Origin: Gemmatimonadales bacterium
GTDB taxonomy: Bacteria > Gemmatimonadota > Gemmatimonadetes > Gemmatimonadales > GWC2-71-9
Direction: 5' to 3'
DNA length: 64,000 nt
Assembly: GCA_044869265.1 (NCBI GenBank)
Contig: JBIOXD010000008.1
Span: 7,081 to 71,080, forward strand
In this document: positions 38,627 through 47,427 of the stretch, piece after piece
Numbering within the stretch: the stretch's first letter is position 1
Layout of the letters: the number at the start of each line of letters is the position of its first letter
The notes under the pieces: model-generated
Told to the model about the DNA's origin: nothing
Database searches by the model: none
Seen by the model: only the letters and a program-made list of their open reading frames with translations
Program-made: the position numbers and the translations under genes

Positions 38627-39423
38627 CGGGAAGTTTGCTTACCTGCGCTCAGGCACGGCGCGTGCTGTGGCCGGGGCAGGGGCCGCGGCCCGCGTCGCCG
38701 GACGTGCTCGCAGCCCAGGAGCACGTCGCCGGCTGCGCGCCTTGCTCGGCCTTTTTCGTCGAGCAGGCGACGTTGGGCGCCGCGGTTCGCGAATCGGACC
38801 GGCGCAGCGCGCCCGACGCGCTGCGCCGCCGCGTCCTCGCAATGGTGCGCGGTGGTCGGCAGCCGGCACTGCGCAAGGTCGCACTCGGCGTGGCTGCGAC
38901 TGTATTGATCGCAGCCGGCGCGGTGGCGATTTGGTGGCCAGATCGGGGCGTCTCCGAGCGAACCATCCTCTCCCTATTCACGGCGGAGCATCAACGCCTG
39001 GTGGCGGGTGGAGGGATCAGCTCCGGCGACCCGGCGGAAGTCACCCGGTGGTTCGCCGGTCGCGTGGACTTCGCGCTCCGTATCCCCGAGTTCGCCGGTG
39101 GCGCGCTGCTCGGCGGACGCCTTTGCATGGCCGACGGGCACCGCGGCGCGATCGTCGAGTATGAGTTCGAAGGACAGATGGTGTCGTATTTCGTCCTGCC
39201 GCTCGCCGTCCGTGGAGCGCCGGCCGAGCTGCGCCACGCGGCCCAGGCCGGATATCGTGTGGTCTGGTGGATGCAAGACGGCTTGCTGCACGGTGTGGTG
39301 GGCGGCCTGCCAGCCGAACGGTTGGAGCAGCTCGCCAAGTGGTGCCGCGAGCTGCTCGGGAAACCGTCGGGTCCCCTGACTGGGCGCCCTCGATCTGCCG
39401 TACTTCAACCCTGGGAGGGATAA
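38623..39423 (+). CDS. anti-sigma factor (zf-HC2 type) with one TM and an extracytoplasmic domain
   Basis: ATGA overlap with the sigma gene. HVAGCAPC is the HxxxCxxC zinc motif. TM segment VALGVAATVLIAAGAVAIWW. Confidence 0.8.
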   Translation: MTGSLLTCAQARRVLWPGQGPRPASPDVLAAQEHVAGCAPCSAFFVEQATLGAAVRESDRRSAPDALRRRVLAMVRGGRQPALRKVALGVAATVLIAAGAVAIWWPDRGVSERTILSLFTAEHQRLVAGGGISSGDPAEVTRWFAGRVDFALRIPEFAGGALLGGRLCMADGHRGAIVEYEFEGQMVSYFVLPLAVRGAPAELRHAAQAGYRVVWWMQDGLLHGVVGGLPAERLEQLAKWCRELLGKPSGPLTGRPRSAVLQPWEG

Positions 39424-39425
39424 CG

Positions 39426-39815
39426 ATGCGAACGTTCATCGCTTTCGCAGTTTCCGGATTACTGCTCGTTGTCGCATCGCCGCTCGCGGCACAGGAGCAG
39501 AAGGCGGCGGCCGCGCAGCCAGCCGCCGTCACGATCACGGCGGACGTCATCGACCTGTCGTGTCGACTCGTGAACAAGGCGAGCGGCGCGTCGCACCGCG
39601 AATGCGCCCAGGTGTGTGCCGACAAGGGGCAACCGCTCGCGTTAATGGCGACGGACGGAACGATCTACATGCCGGTCAACGCCGGGATGGGCGCCGCCGG
39701 CGAGAACGCGAAGCTACGCGCGCACGCCGAGCACCGCGTTCGCGTGAAAGGCCGGGTCGTCGAGCAGGGCGCGTTCAAAGCCATCGTGATCGAAACGATC
39801 GAAATGACCACCTGA
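39426..39815 (+). CDS. small exported Cys-containing protein (129 aa)
   Basis: ATG 3 nt after the anti-sigma stop. Signal peptide MRTFIAFAVSGLLLVVASPLAAQ. Three Cys in DLSCRLV...HRECAQVCADKG. Confidence 0.65.
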   Translation: MRTFIAFAVSGLLLVVASPLAAQEQKAAAAQPAAVTITADVIDLSCRLVNKASGASHRECAQVCADKGQPLALMATDGTIYMPVNAGMGAAGENAKLRAHAEHRVRVKGRVVEQGAFKAIVIETIEMTT

Positions 39816-39840
39816 CGGTCCATTGGGGGGGGGAGGCGCG

Positions 39841-41229
39841 ATGACGTGGCGAGGCCGGGCGCTGCTGGCGACCAGCCTCGCTGCGCTCGTTGTTGTGTGG
39901 TGGTCGCAGCGCCGTGGCCCCGCACCGGCGCGCGTTCTTTTCATCGACAGCCGGGGTGCGAGCGCGCTTCCCGACGGCGGCTCGGCGTGGCCTGATCGCG
40001 AAGGCGGTCGTGTCGTCCTCTTCGATCACCACGGGATCGTTCGCGGGGTCTTGAGCGGCGGGCCGGGGGAGACCGCTCGGCGCCTGACGCATCCGCTCTT
40101 CGCGTTTGCCGTCAATGACCAAGTCTGGGTGTCAGAGGGCGATGGCGCAGTCTTGCGGTTCGCCGCCGACACCGCCGTCGCGTGGCTCGAGACCGTGGCC
40201 GGCGTCGCGCCGGGAGCCGCGCTGCACGGCGGGGCGGTCGCGGCTCGTGGGATTGACGAGTTCTCGCTCGCGCCGATCCAGCCGGGGTCGCCGCTCGTGT
40301 GGCTGCTGGACTCGACCGGGACCGCCACCGGCAGGTTGGACACCGTAGCCCTTCCCGTGAACCCGTTGCTGACCCATCTCGCCAACGCAGGATGGGTGGC
40401 CGCCGACAGGACCGGAATCTACTTCGTGTCGGCGCTGTCCCCCGAAGTTCGCCGCTACGGAATGCACGGCACGCTCCAGTGGGCCACCACACGACCGTTG
40501 GCCGCAGCGTCACGGCCACCCGAGCTGCGGGTCATCCGGGGGGCCCCGCGTTTGACCTTCGAGGTTGTGCACCACGCCGCCACGGTCGGGCCCGATGGTC
40601 GGCTGTATGTACTGGGCGCAGACCATCCGGGAGGCGACGCCGGCCGGTTGTACGTGTTCGATCGCGACGGCCGGCTGTGGCGAGAGAGGGACGTGCCGGC
40701 GGGCAGTGCGATCTACGGTGACTCGCGTGGTCGCGTCACGGTGCGCGCGCGCGAGGTTGCGCTGGCCCGGACCGGGGAGCAGCCGCGGGTGCCGTTTCCG
40801 CCCTTCGCGCTCCCGGCTCTCGATGGTCGCGACACCGTACGGCTCGCCGACTATCGCGGCAAGACGGTGGTGCTGACGTTCTGGGCGAGCTGGTGCGGCC
40901 CCTGCCGCCACGAGATGCCCGCGCTCGAACGACTGTGGCAGGAGGTGGACACGACGGGCGTGGCGGTCATCGGACTGAACGAGGACGCGAACTCGGACGA
41001 CGCCCGCCGTTTCGCCACCGAGGTGGGGGTCACGTATCCACTGGCTGAAGGTCGCGGGCGACTGCGCGCGCGCTACGGCTATCGCGGCTTGCCCTACACC
41101 ATCGTGCTCGACCGCGAGCACCGCGTCGCGCGGACGTTCTACGGTTTTGGAGAGTCCATTGCGGCGCTGCGCGATGCGGTGCTCGCGGAGCATGGCCGCA
41201 GCGAAGCTAGCGGACGCGCTGGGCCGTAA
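39841..41229 (+). CDS. membrane-anchored protein with beta-propeller-like region and C-terminal TlpA/redoxin thioredoxin domain
   Basis: GGAGG sits 4-5 nt before the ATG at 39841. N-terminal TM LLATSLAALVVVWW. C-terminal VVLTFWASWCGPCRHEMPAL (WCGPC active site). Confidence 0.8.
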   Translation: MTWRGRALLATSLAALVVVWWSQRRGPAPARVLFIDSRGASALPDGGSAWPDREGGRVVLFDHHGIVRGVLSGGPGETARRLTHPLFAFAVNDQVWVSEGDGAVLRFAADTAVAWLETVAGVAPGAALHGGAVAARGIDEFSLAPIQPGSPLVWLLDSTGTATGRLDTVALPVNPLLTHLANAGWVAADRTGIYFVSALSPEVRRYGMHGTLQWATTRPLAAASRPPELRVIRGAPRLTFEVVHHAATVGPDGRLYVLGADHPGGDAGRLYVFDRDGRLWRERDVPAGSAIYGDSRGRVTVRAREVALARTGEQPRVPFPPFALPALDGRDTVRLADYRGKTVVLTFWASWCGPCRHEMPALERLWQEVDTTGVAVIGLNEDANSDDARRFATEVGVTYPLAEGRGRLRARYGYRGLPYTIVLDREHRVARTFYGFGESIAALRDAVLAEHGRSEASGRAGP

Positions 41230-41322
41230 TTCGGGCGACCGGATCGTCGCAGCCGTGCGCGTCCTCATCGACGCCGGTGTCTCCCTCCATGCCCGGATGA
41301 TGCGCGACGTGGAGTATATGCC

Positions 41323-41352
41323 TTGACACGCATATGCTCTATCGGGTATATT
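41323..41352 (+). promoter_or_regulatory. sigma-70-like promoter motif TTGACA-N18-TATATT upstream of or inside the arsR-family gene start
   Basis: TTGACA at 41323-41328 and TATATT at 41347-41352. The longest-ORF ATG (41334) lies between the two hexamers, and an in-frame GTG at 41358 lies about 6 nt after the -10. Confidence 0.35.
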
Positions 41353-41735
41353 ATAGGGTGCAATCCATCTTCGAAATCATCGCGGAACCGAACCGCCGCG
41401 CGATCTTGAGCCTCCTGGTCTTGTCCCAACAGTCGGTCGGAGAGATCGAGCGCCGGCTGCGGATGCCGCAGCCGACCGTGTCCAAGCACCTGCGCGTGCT
41501 GCGCGAGGCCGGCTTCGTGGAATCCACGGTGGACGCCCAGCGCCGTCTCTACCGATTGAAGCCCGAACCATTTCAGGAGGTAGATGCCTGGCTGGATCAG
41601 TTCCGCCGGTTCTGGTCCGCTCGCGTCGATGCGCTCGAACGCCACCTCGACCGCCTGGACCAGGCGGCAAGCACCGAAGGGAAGACTCGTCCGTCGCGCC
41701 GCAAACGCGCCGATGGCAAAGGAGCCAAACCATGA
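41334..41735 (+). CDS. ArsR/SmtB-family transcriptional regulator
   Basis: IFEIIAEPNRRAILSLLVLSQQSVGEIERRLRMPQPTVSKHLRVLREAGFV is the ArsR wHTH. The true start may be the GTG at 41358. Confidence 0.88.
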   Translation: MLYRVYYRVQSIFEIIAEPNRRAILSLLVLSQQSVGEIERRLRMPQPTVSKHLRVLREAGFVESTVDAQRRLYRLKPEPFQEVDAWLDQFRRFWSARVDALERHLDRLDQAASTEGKTRPSRRKRADGKGAKP

Positions 41736-42106
41736 ACATCCTGCTGTGGATCCTTCAGGCCGTGCTCGCCTTGATGTGCATCGCGGGTGGGGGATACAAG
41801 GCCCTCAACCCCGCAGACGTCACGAAGGGAACGCGCGCGCTCTCGGACGGCGTGTGGCGCATGATCGGCGTGCTCGAAGTGCTGTTCGGTGTCCTGCTGA
41901 TCGTCCCGGCTGCGATCAACTGGATGCCCGCCCTGACGCCCCTCGCCGCCGCCCTAGTCACGCTGGAAAACCTGTCCCTTTCAGCGGTCTATGCGCGGGT
42001 CTCGGTCAAGCTGGTCGCTGCCAATCCGCTGGTCTGGAGCGTTCCGATGGCGCTGCTGGCGGGCTTCGTGGCCTATGGGCGTTACGCGCTCAGCCCGCTG
42101 GCCTGA
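41732..42106 (+). CDS. DoxX-like membrane protein
   Basis: ATGA overlap with arsR. Four TM helices. MNILLWILQAVLALMCIAGGGYK is typical of the DoxX-like family. Confidence 0.75.
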   Translation: MNILLWILQAVLALMCIAGGGYKALNPADVTKGTRALSDGVWRMIGVLEVLFGVLLIVPAAINWMPALTPLAAALVTLENLSLSAVYARVSVKLVAANPLVWSVPMALLAGFVAYGRYALSPLA

Positions 42107-42118
42107 GAGCAGAAAACC

Positions 42119-42676
42119 ATGACCATTCGCGAGCAGTACACTCCGGGCCCGGCCCGCGGGGCGCAGGCACGAAAAGAAGGGGAGAACTGGACGCTCGTTC
42201 TCGTCAGAGAACTGCGCCACTCACCGGAGACAGTCTGGCAGGCGCTGACCGACCCGGCGCAGCTGCGCGAGTGGGCGCCCTTCGACGCCGATGGGAGCCT
42301 GGGTACGGTTGGAGCCACGGTAAAGCTCATCACGGTGGGAGCACCCACGCCGCACGTTACCGAAACGACGGTGACGCGAGCCGAAGCTCCCAGGGTGCTC
42401 GTCTACACCTGGGGCGGCAACGATATGCGGTGGGAGCTCGAAGCCATCGGTGTCGGTACGCGCCTCACACTGTGGACAAGCATCGATCGCCGCTTCATCT
42501 CGATGGGGGCTGCCGGCTGGCATGTCTGTTTCGATGTGCTGGCTCACCTGCTCGACGAAACTCCGATCGGCCGCATCGTTGGTCCCGACGCGATGAAGGT
42601 CCGCGGCTGGCAGCGGCTGCACGGGGAGTACACAAAGCAGTTCAAGGGGAATTCTTCACAGAGCATCGACACCTGA
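42119..42676 (+). CDS. SRPBCC / AHSA1-family (START-like) protein
   Basis: [21 protein letters not shown] and the overall length are typical of Activator-of-Hsp90-ATPase-homologue-like proteins commonly encoded next to ArsR. Confidence 0.75.
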   Translation: MTIREQYTPGPARGAQARKEGENWTLVLVRELRHSPETVWQALTDPAQLREWAPFDADGSLGTVGATVKLITVGAPTPHVTETTVTRAEAPRVLVYTWGGNDMRWELEAIGVGTRLTLWTSIDRRFISMGAAGWHVCFDVLAHLLDETPIGRIVGPDAMKVRGWQRLHGEYTKQFKGNSSQSIDT

Positions 42677-42692
42677 CGAAAGGAAACCAGTA

Positions 42693-43121
42693 ATGAAGGG
42701 CACGCAGAAGTCCAAGACGTCCCGGAGATTCACGGATGTGGAACGCGAGGCGATGAAGGACCGCGCCCGGGAGCTGAAAGGGTCAAAGGCGGATGGGGAA
42801 AGCGACCTGCTCGCGAAGATTGCCGCCATGCAGGAACCGGATCGTGGCATGGCCAAGCGGCTCCATGCCATAATAAAGGAAAGCGCGCCCTCTCTCTCTC
42901 CCAAGACCTGGTACGGGATGCCCGCGTATGCCAAAAACGGGAAGGTCGTTTGTTTCTTCCAGAGCGCGAAGAAGTTCAAAACGCGGTATGCGACATTCGG
43001 CTTCAGCGACCAGGCGAAGCTCGACGAAGGCCACATGTGGTCCACCGGGTTTGCCCTGAAAGAGCTGACTGCCGCGGAGGAGGCGAGGATCAGCGCCCTC
43101 GTGAAGAAGGCAGTGACGTAG
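42693..43121 (+). CDS. DUF1801 (YdhG-like) domain protein
   Basis: [49 protein letters not shown] matches the YdhG-like pattern. Confidence 0.7.
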   Translation: MKGTQKSKTSRRFTDVEREAMKDRARELKGSKADGESDLLAKIAAMQEPDRGMAKRLHAIIKESAPSLSPKTWYGMPAYAKNGKVVCFFQSAKKFKTRYATFGFSDQAKLDEGHMWSTGFALKELTAAEEARISALVKKAVT

Positions 43122-43792
43122 TGGCCGAGTCTGCCATCAAAGTCCTTCTCCGGACCTGGAGGCGCTCGTTCCTCAGCGCGTATTATCGGCGCTTCAAGTC
43201 CGGACGCTCGTTCACCGCGCGCGGCGTCCACTACCGGTACTTCTACCACGCCTACAATCAGACGTACTGCAACGAGCGCGCAGTCGAGATCCCGATCGTG
43301 TGGTCAATCGTCCAGCGAGTGCCGCCCGAGCGTGTGCTCGAGGTCGGCAACGTCCTCAGTCACTATTTCCCCACGCGCCACGACGTCGTCGACAAATACG
43401 AGCGGGCGGCCGGCGTGCAAAATGTGGACGTCGTCGACTTCCGCCCTACCAAGCCCTACGATCTGATTCTCAGTATCTCCACCCTGGAGCACGTGGGATT
43501 CAACGAGAAGCCGCTCGAGCCGGAAAAACCATGGCGCGCGATCGCTCACCTGCAGCGCTGTCTTTCGCCACACGGCCGACTTGTCGTCACGCTCCCCATG
43601 GGATACAACCCGCACCTCGACCAGATGCTGAATGACGGCCGAATCCCACTCGACGGTCCCATGTACCTCAGGCGGATCTCCCGGGACAACCGCTGGCGCG
43701 AGACGTCGTGGGACGACGTTCGGCGCGCCCGCTACGGCCATCCGTACCGCAATGCCAACGGGTTGGTAGTTGCGACGTTCTCGCCCGCCTGA
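43121..43792 (+). CDS. SAM-dependent methyltransferase-like protein
   Basis: The GTG overlaps the upstream TAG. VLEVGNVLSHY (degenerate motif I), DLILSISTLEHVG and LSPHGRLVVTLP resemble class I methyltransferase motifs. Confidence 0.5.
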   Translation: MAESAIKVLLRTWRRSFLSAYYRRFKSGRSFTARGVHYRYFYHAYNQTYCNERAVEIPIVWSIVQRVPPERVLEVGNVLSHYFPTRHDVVDKYERAAGVQNVDVVDFRPTKPYDLILSISTLEHVGFNEKPLEPEKPWRAIAHLQRCLSPHGRLVVTLPMGYNPHLDQMLNDGRIPLDGPMYLRRISRDNRWRETSWDDVRRARYGHPYRNANGLVVATFSPA

Positions 43793-43826
43793 GCGGTTTT
43801 GTTTTCTTCAAAGACGCGCGCGGAGC

Positions 43827-43877
43827 CTGTCATCCTGAGCGGAGCGCGCGGAACGCGCGCGGAGCGAAGGACCTGCT
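43827..43877 (+). repeat. intergenic repeat family, copy 1 (CTGTCATCCTGAGCG...GCGAAGGAYCTGCT)
   Basis: ctgtcatcctgagcggagcgcgcggaacgcgcgcggagcgaaggacctgct. Contains the internal GC hairpin GCGCGCG-gaa-CGCGCGC. Confidence 0.85.
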
Positions 43878-43901
43878 CTTGCTGCGCGAGATGAAAGAAC
43901 T

Positions 43902-44786
43902 ATGAAAGATCAGGGATTCTTCCTGCACCCGCGGCGTCGCGCGCCGTCGCGCGAGCGCCGATTTCCACTTCTCGAGCGACTCACCAAGTTTCCGTTCGGT
44001 TGGGCAGCCGAGCGTATTGCTGCCCCATTTTTTCGGTGGGACAAGGCCGTGCTCGAGACGCCGGAGGCGGCTCTCGCGATCAGCGGCCTCGGCGCGCAGC
44101 TCGAGGGCTACCGCATCGCACTGGTCACGGATCTGCACCACGGCCCCGCGGTTCCCATGAGCTGGCTCAGCCGCGTGGCCGAGCGGGTGAGCGAGCTAAA
44201 ACCCGATGTCGTTGTCCTCGGCGGCGACTTTGTCAGCCACTCGCGCAGCGATTTACGCGGGCTCGATGAGATCGTCGCACGATTCCAGGCGCGCGACGGC
44301 ACGTTGGCGGTTTTGGGCAATCACGACCATTGGGTCGATCCGGATGCCGTAGCGGAATCGGTCGAGCGCGGGGGCGCGCGGATGCTCGTGAATCAGCACG
44401 TCCTGATCTCCCGCGACGCGGGGGTGCTCGCAATCGGCGGAGTGGACGACTTTACGCACGGGGCCGTTCGTCCAGACGATGCATTTGCGGGTGTTCCGCC
44501 CCACGTGCCGCGCGTCTTGCTGTCGCACAATCCCGACTTGATCGAGTATCTGCCGGCTGACCTTCGGGTGGACGTCATGCTGTCCGGGCACACGCACAAC
44601 GGGCAGGCCCATCTGCCGTTCATCGGTCCGATCACCGCACCATCCCAATTCGGTCGGAAGTACTTGCACGGCCTCAAGCGAGTCGACCAAACCTGGCTAT
44701 ACGTTTCGGCGGGGATTGGCAGCGCATGGGTCCCGCGATGGGGGAATCCACCCGAACTGCCCATCATCCGGCTGACGACTGCGTGA
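43902..44786 (+). CDS. metallophosphoesterase (YkuE/calcineurin-like)
   Basis: VTDLHHGP, LGGDFV, GNHDHW and SGHTHNGQ are the canonical MPE metal-binding motifs. Confidence 0.9.
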   Translation: MKDQGFFLHPRRRAPSRERRFPLLERLTKFPFGWAAERIAAPFFRWDKAVLETPEAALAISGLGAQLEGYRIALVTDLHHGPAVPMSWLSRVAERVSELKPDVVVLGGDFVSHSRSDLRGLDEIVARFQARDGTLAVLGNHDHWVDPDAVAESVERGGARMLVNQHVLISRDAGVLAIGGVDDFTHGAVRPDDAFAGVPPHVPRVLLSHNPDLIEYLPADLRVDVMLSGHTHNGQAHLPFIGPITAPSQFGRKYLHGLKRVDQTWLYVSAGIGSAWVPRWGNPPELPIIRLTTA

Positions 44787-44801
44787 GGAGGACCACGAAG
44801 A

Positions 44802-44837
44802 AGCAGATCCTCGCGCCTGCGGCGCTCAGGATGACAG
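44802..44837 (-). repeat. intergenic repeat family, copy 2 (short, inverted relative to copy 1)
   Basis: agcagatcctcgcgcctgcggcgctcaggatgacag is the reverse complement of CTGTCATCCTGAGCGccgcaggcGCGAGGATCTGCT. Confidence 0.8.
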
Positions 44838-44888
44838 TGTTCGCTCGCTCTCGTGAGGTAGGAAGAGGAATGAGAAGATCTGAAGGTT

Positions 44889-45368
44889 CTACAAAGGATG
44901 CGCGAAGGAGCTGCTTTTAGGACCGCCTCGCATCCAGCGCCAGCGCCAGGTGCTCGCGGTAAACAAGATGGCGCCCAGAATGAACCACCAGTCCCAGTGT
45001 CCAACAAGAGAAAAACGGAACCTGCCAACGGCAGCGAGATACGCGGTTTGCGCCAGCAGGGCCACGAGCCGGAGTACGAGGAGCGTCGTACCAATGCACG
45101 CCAGCCGATACATGAGACGTTGCGGCAGGCGCAGACCCCACGTCGTTACCGGAGTCAGCGCAACGGGAACCGCGATAATGAACATCGCGGTCACAAACAC
45201 GAGGTAGACCCATTTCCACGTGATCGCGAATCCCGCGCGCGCCTCGGCGGCGTTCAGCAGGGGGTACCAGCCGGCCGCCCAGCTGATGTGAAACACCGCG
45301 AACACGGCGGCCCATAGCGCGGCGGCGTAAGCCACCCAGGCCCCGACGGGGTATCGCGTGCTACTCAC
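44889..45368 (-). CDS. DUF3995-like integral membrane protein
   Basis: Four TM helices. AALWAAVFAVFHISWAAGW resembles the DUF3995 N-terminus (from memory). Confidence 0.6.
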   Translation of the reverse strand: MSSTRYPVGAWVAYAAALWAAVFAVFHISWAAGWYPLLNAAEARAGFAITWKWVYLVFVTAMFIIAVPVALTPVTTWGLRLPQRLMYRLACIGTTLLVLRLVALLAQTAYLAAVGRFRFSLVGHWDWWFILGAILFTASTWRWRWMRGGPKSSSFAHPL

Positions 45369-45411
45369 GACCGCATGCCCCTTGTGAAACGGCGACTTGA
45401 GCTGTCGTGGA

Positions 45412-45633
45412 TCAGGGGTCCTGCTTCAAGTGCTCGAAGCCCGAATCGGGTCTCAGGATCTGCTCGTCCAGCCAACGATCGATGATGCTCTTCCGAAAGC
45501 GCCACTCCTTTCCCAGCTTGGCGGCGGGAATCCGCTTCTCCTGGGCCCACTTGTAGATCGTCTGCGGTGTGAGACGCAAGTACGTGGCGACCTCCTCGAG
45601 CGTGAGGATCTCCCGGCTCCCATCGGCCGTCAT
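45412..45633 (-). CDS. excisionase/MerR-like helix-turn-helix DNA-binding protein (73 aa)
   Basis: LTLEEVATYLRLTPQTIYKWAQEKRIPAAKLGKEWRFRKSIIDRWL is the excisionase-family HTH_17 signature. ATGA overlap with the upstream membrane-protein gene. Confidence 0.85.
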   Translation of the reverse strand: MTADGSREILTLEEVATYLRLTPQTIYKWAQEKRIPAAKLGKEWRFRKSIIDRWLDEQILRPDSGFEHLKQDP

Positions 45634-46466
45634 GGACGCCTGCGCTGTCTTGTGGTGTCGGTCAGCGTGTCCAGCGGAGAGAAGATGAAGCCGCGAGGCA
45701 GCGTGTCGACTGCGCTGCGTGGCGCCGCAGGCCTGTCCGTTCCCTGGAACAGCTTGTTCACCGCATAGATGATCGCCGCGTAGAAGTTGCCCTGGTATTT
45801 GCCGAACAACTGGAAGGGCTGATTGCGATCACCGAGGAAGGGACGAAGCGTCCATGCCAATTGGATGCCGACAAACGCGAACAACAGCGCCCAGGCTCGC
45901 ATGATGGTGAGCGCCTTCCGCGGATACACACCGCGTTTCTCGCAAACCACACTGAGCCCATCATGCAAGGCATACATCCCGAAGAGCCCGGCCACACCCG
46001 CGATCGCGATGTTCAGAAGATGCTGGAAGTAGTAATTCGCTCCCGTGACGAGAAAGAACGCGGTGATCGGCACGAAAGCGGCGAGTAGGATCGACGTGAG
46101 AGCCAGAGCGCCGAGCACCAGCACGATCACCTGCATCAGGCGCAGCCGCGAGCCAACAAGCACCTGGACGACGTAGAAGGCGGGGAAGCAAACGATGAAC
46201 GTCGCGAAGAACAGAAACGGCAGCTTGATCGCGGCGGATGCGGCCTGCGCCGGTCCCGAATACGCACCGGCTACGACGCCGAAGAATCCGGAAAACGCAA
46301 CAATGGTCAGGACCGCGTATCGCAGCTTGCCGGGGAGAGCGACGTCCTCGACGACCTCTTCGAAGAAGTGCTCCCTGTCACTCAGCAGCGCGCGCAGGAA
46401 ACCGGCGTAGCTGGCTATCGGTTGGTGTGCAGGCATGGGTGGTGCCCCCGTTCGTTCTGAGCCCAA
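45630..46466 (-). CDS. polytopic membrane protein, family not recognised
   Basis: About 6-7 TM helices and coding-like GC3. Preceded by a locally AT-rich divergent promoter region (46440-46525). Confidence 0.65.
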   Translation of the reverse strand: MGSERTGAPPMPAHQPIASYAGFLRALLSDREHFFEEVVEDVALPGKLRYAVLTIVAFSGFFGVVAGAYSGPAQAASAAIKLPFLFFATFIVCFPAFYVVQVLVGSRLRLMQVIVLVLGALALTSILLAAFVPITAFFLVTGANYYFQHLLNIAIAGVAGLFGMYALHDGLSVVCEKRGVYPRKALTIMRAWALLFAFVGIQLAWTLRPFLGDRNQPFQLFGKYQGNFYAAIIYAVNKLFQGTDRPAAPRSAVDTLPRGFIFSPLDTLTDTTRQRRRP

Positions 46467-46524
46467 GCTACTCTTTTGTTACTGTTTTGTCCACTTTGAT
46501 TGTGTTAGACTGTGTTTATTGCTT

Positions 46525-47187
46525 ATGATTCGTCCGTTGCTTGCCCAAGCAATTCTGGTCGTCGCCCTCAGCCCCGCTGCCGCAATGCGAGCGCAGGCCC
46601 CTGCCGTGCGCGTAGCCGTTGGATTCGGCGTCGACACGCTTGGTGCGAGTCATGAGATCTTCGCTCTGTGGCGGAGCTACCTGTCGAGTGGGCCGAGCTG
46701 CTCGCAACAGAGTCTGCTGTGGTCAGCGTCCGAGCGTGCACGGTGGTCCGTTGGTGATCTCTTGTGCAGTTCTGTCTATCAGGGATTCTCGGCGTACACC
46801 GTGGTTCACTTGGCCCCCGCCGTCGGTCTCGACAGCACGTAACTGATTCGCACACTCGTCGCGAACGTAACCGGTGGTCAGGACGTACAGCCCCTCGCGC
46901 TCTACCCGGGACTCAAAGCATACCTGGATGCACACGCTGATCTGACGCTGGAAGCCGTTCTCTCAGACCCACCGCCGCGAGCGGGAACGCTCGACGTCGG
47001 ATATGCTGGCCTCGCGGTTCTCTGCAAAATGCTCTACGACGCCGGCGGGCTCGCGGCACTTCGGGAGCTTGCCGGCGCCGGCCGTGAGCCGCGGGCCGTC
47101 GTCGATGCGGCGGCTCGCGTTCTCAAGGTGTCTCTGGATCAACTGGATGTGCTCTGGAGGCGTCGGGTTGCTGAGTTGGCGCGATGA
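46525..47187 (+). pseudogene. exported hypothetical protein interrupted by an in-frame TAA (46840-46842)
   Basis: Signal peptide MIRPLLAQAILVVALSPAAAMRAQA. After the TAA the same frame stays open for 114 more sense codons with protein-like sequence (..GYAGLAVLCKMLYDAGGLAALRELAGAG..) up to the TGA at 47185. Confidence 0.4.
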
Positions 47188-47204
47188 GGCGGCGGATCTT
47201 CTTA

Positions 47205-47294
47205 GCCGCGCGCGTAGCGAGGGATCTGCTTCGGACCGAAAAGCAGATCCTTCGCGCCTCCGGCGCTGCGCGCCTTCGGCGCTCAGGATGACAA
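47205..47294 (-). repeat. intergenic repeat family, copy 3 (full unit with AGCAGATCC hairpin)
   Basis: The reverse complement reads cTTGTCATCCTGAGCGccgaaggcgcgcagcgccggaggcGCGAAGGATCTGCTtttcggtccgaAGCAGATCCcTCGC. Confidence 0.8.
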
Positions 47295-47427
47295 GCCCTG
47301 CTTTGGTTAGCAAGGAAGAAGAACGAAGGAAGAGAGTAGGAATGAGGTCCTGCCTGCGCACAAATGATGACAGTTGTAGGAACGAGATCCACCATCCTGG
47401 TAGGTGCGCATCTACAACGTCTATATC

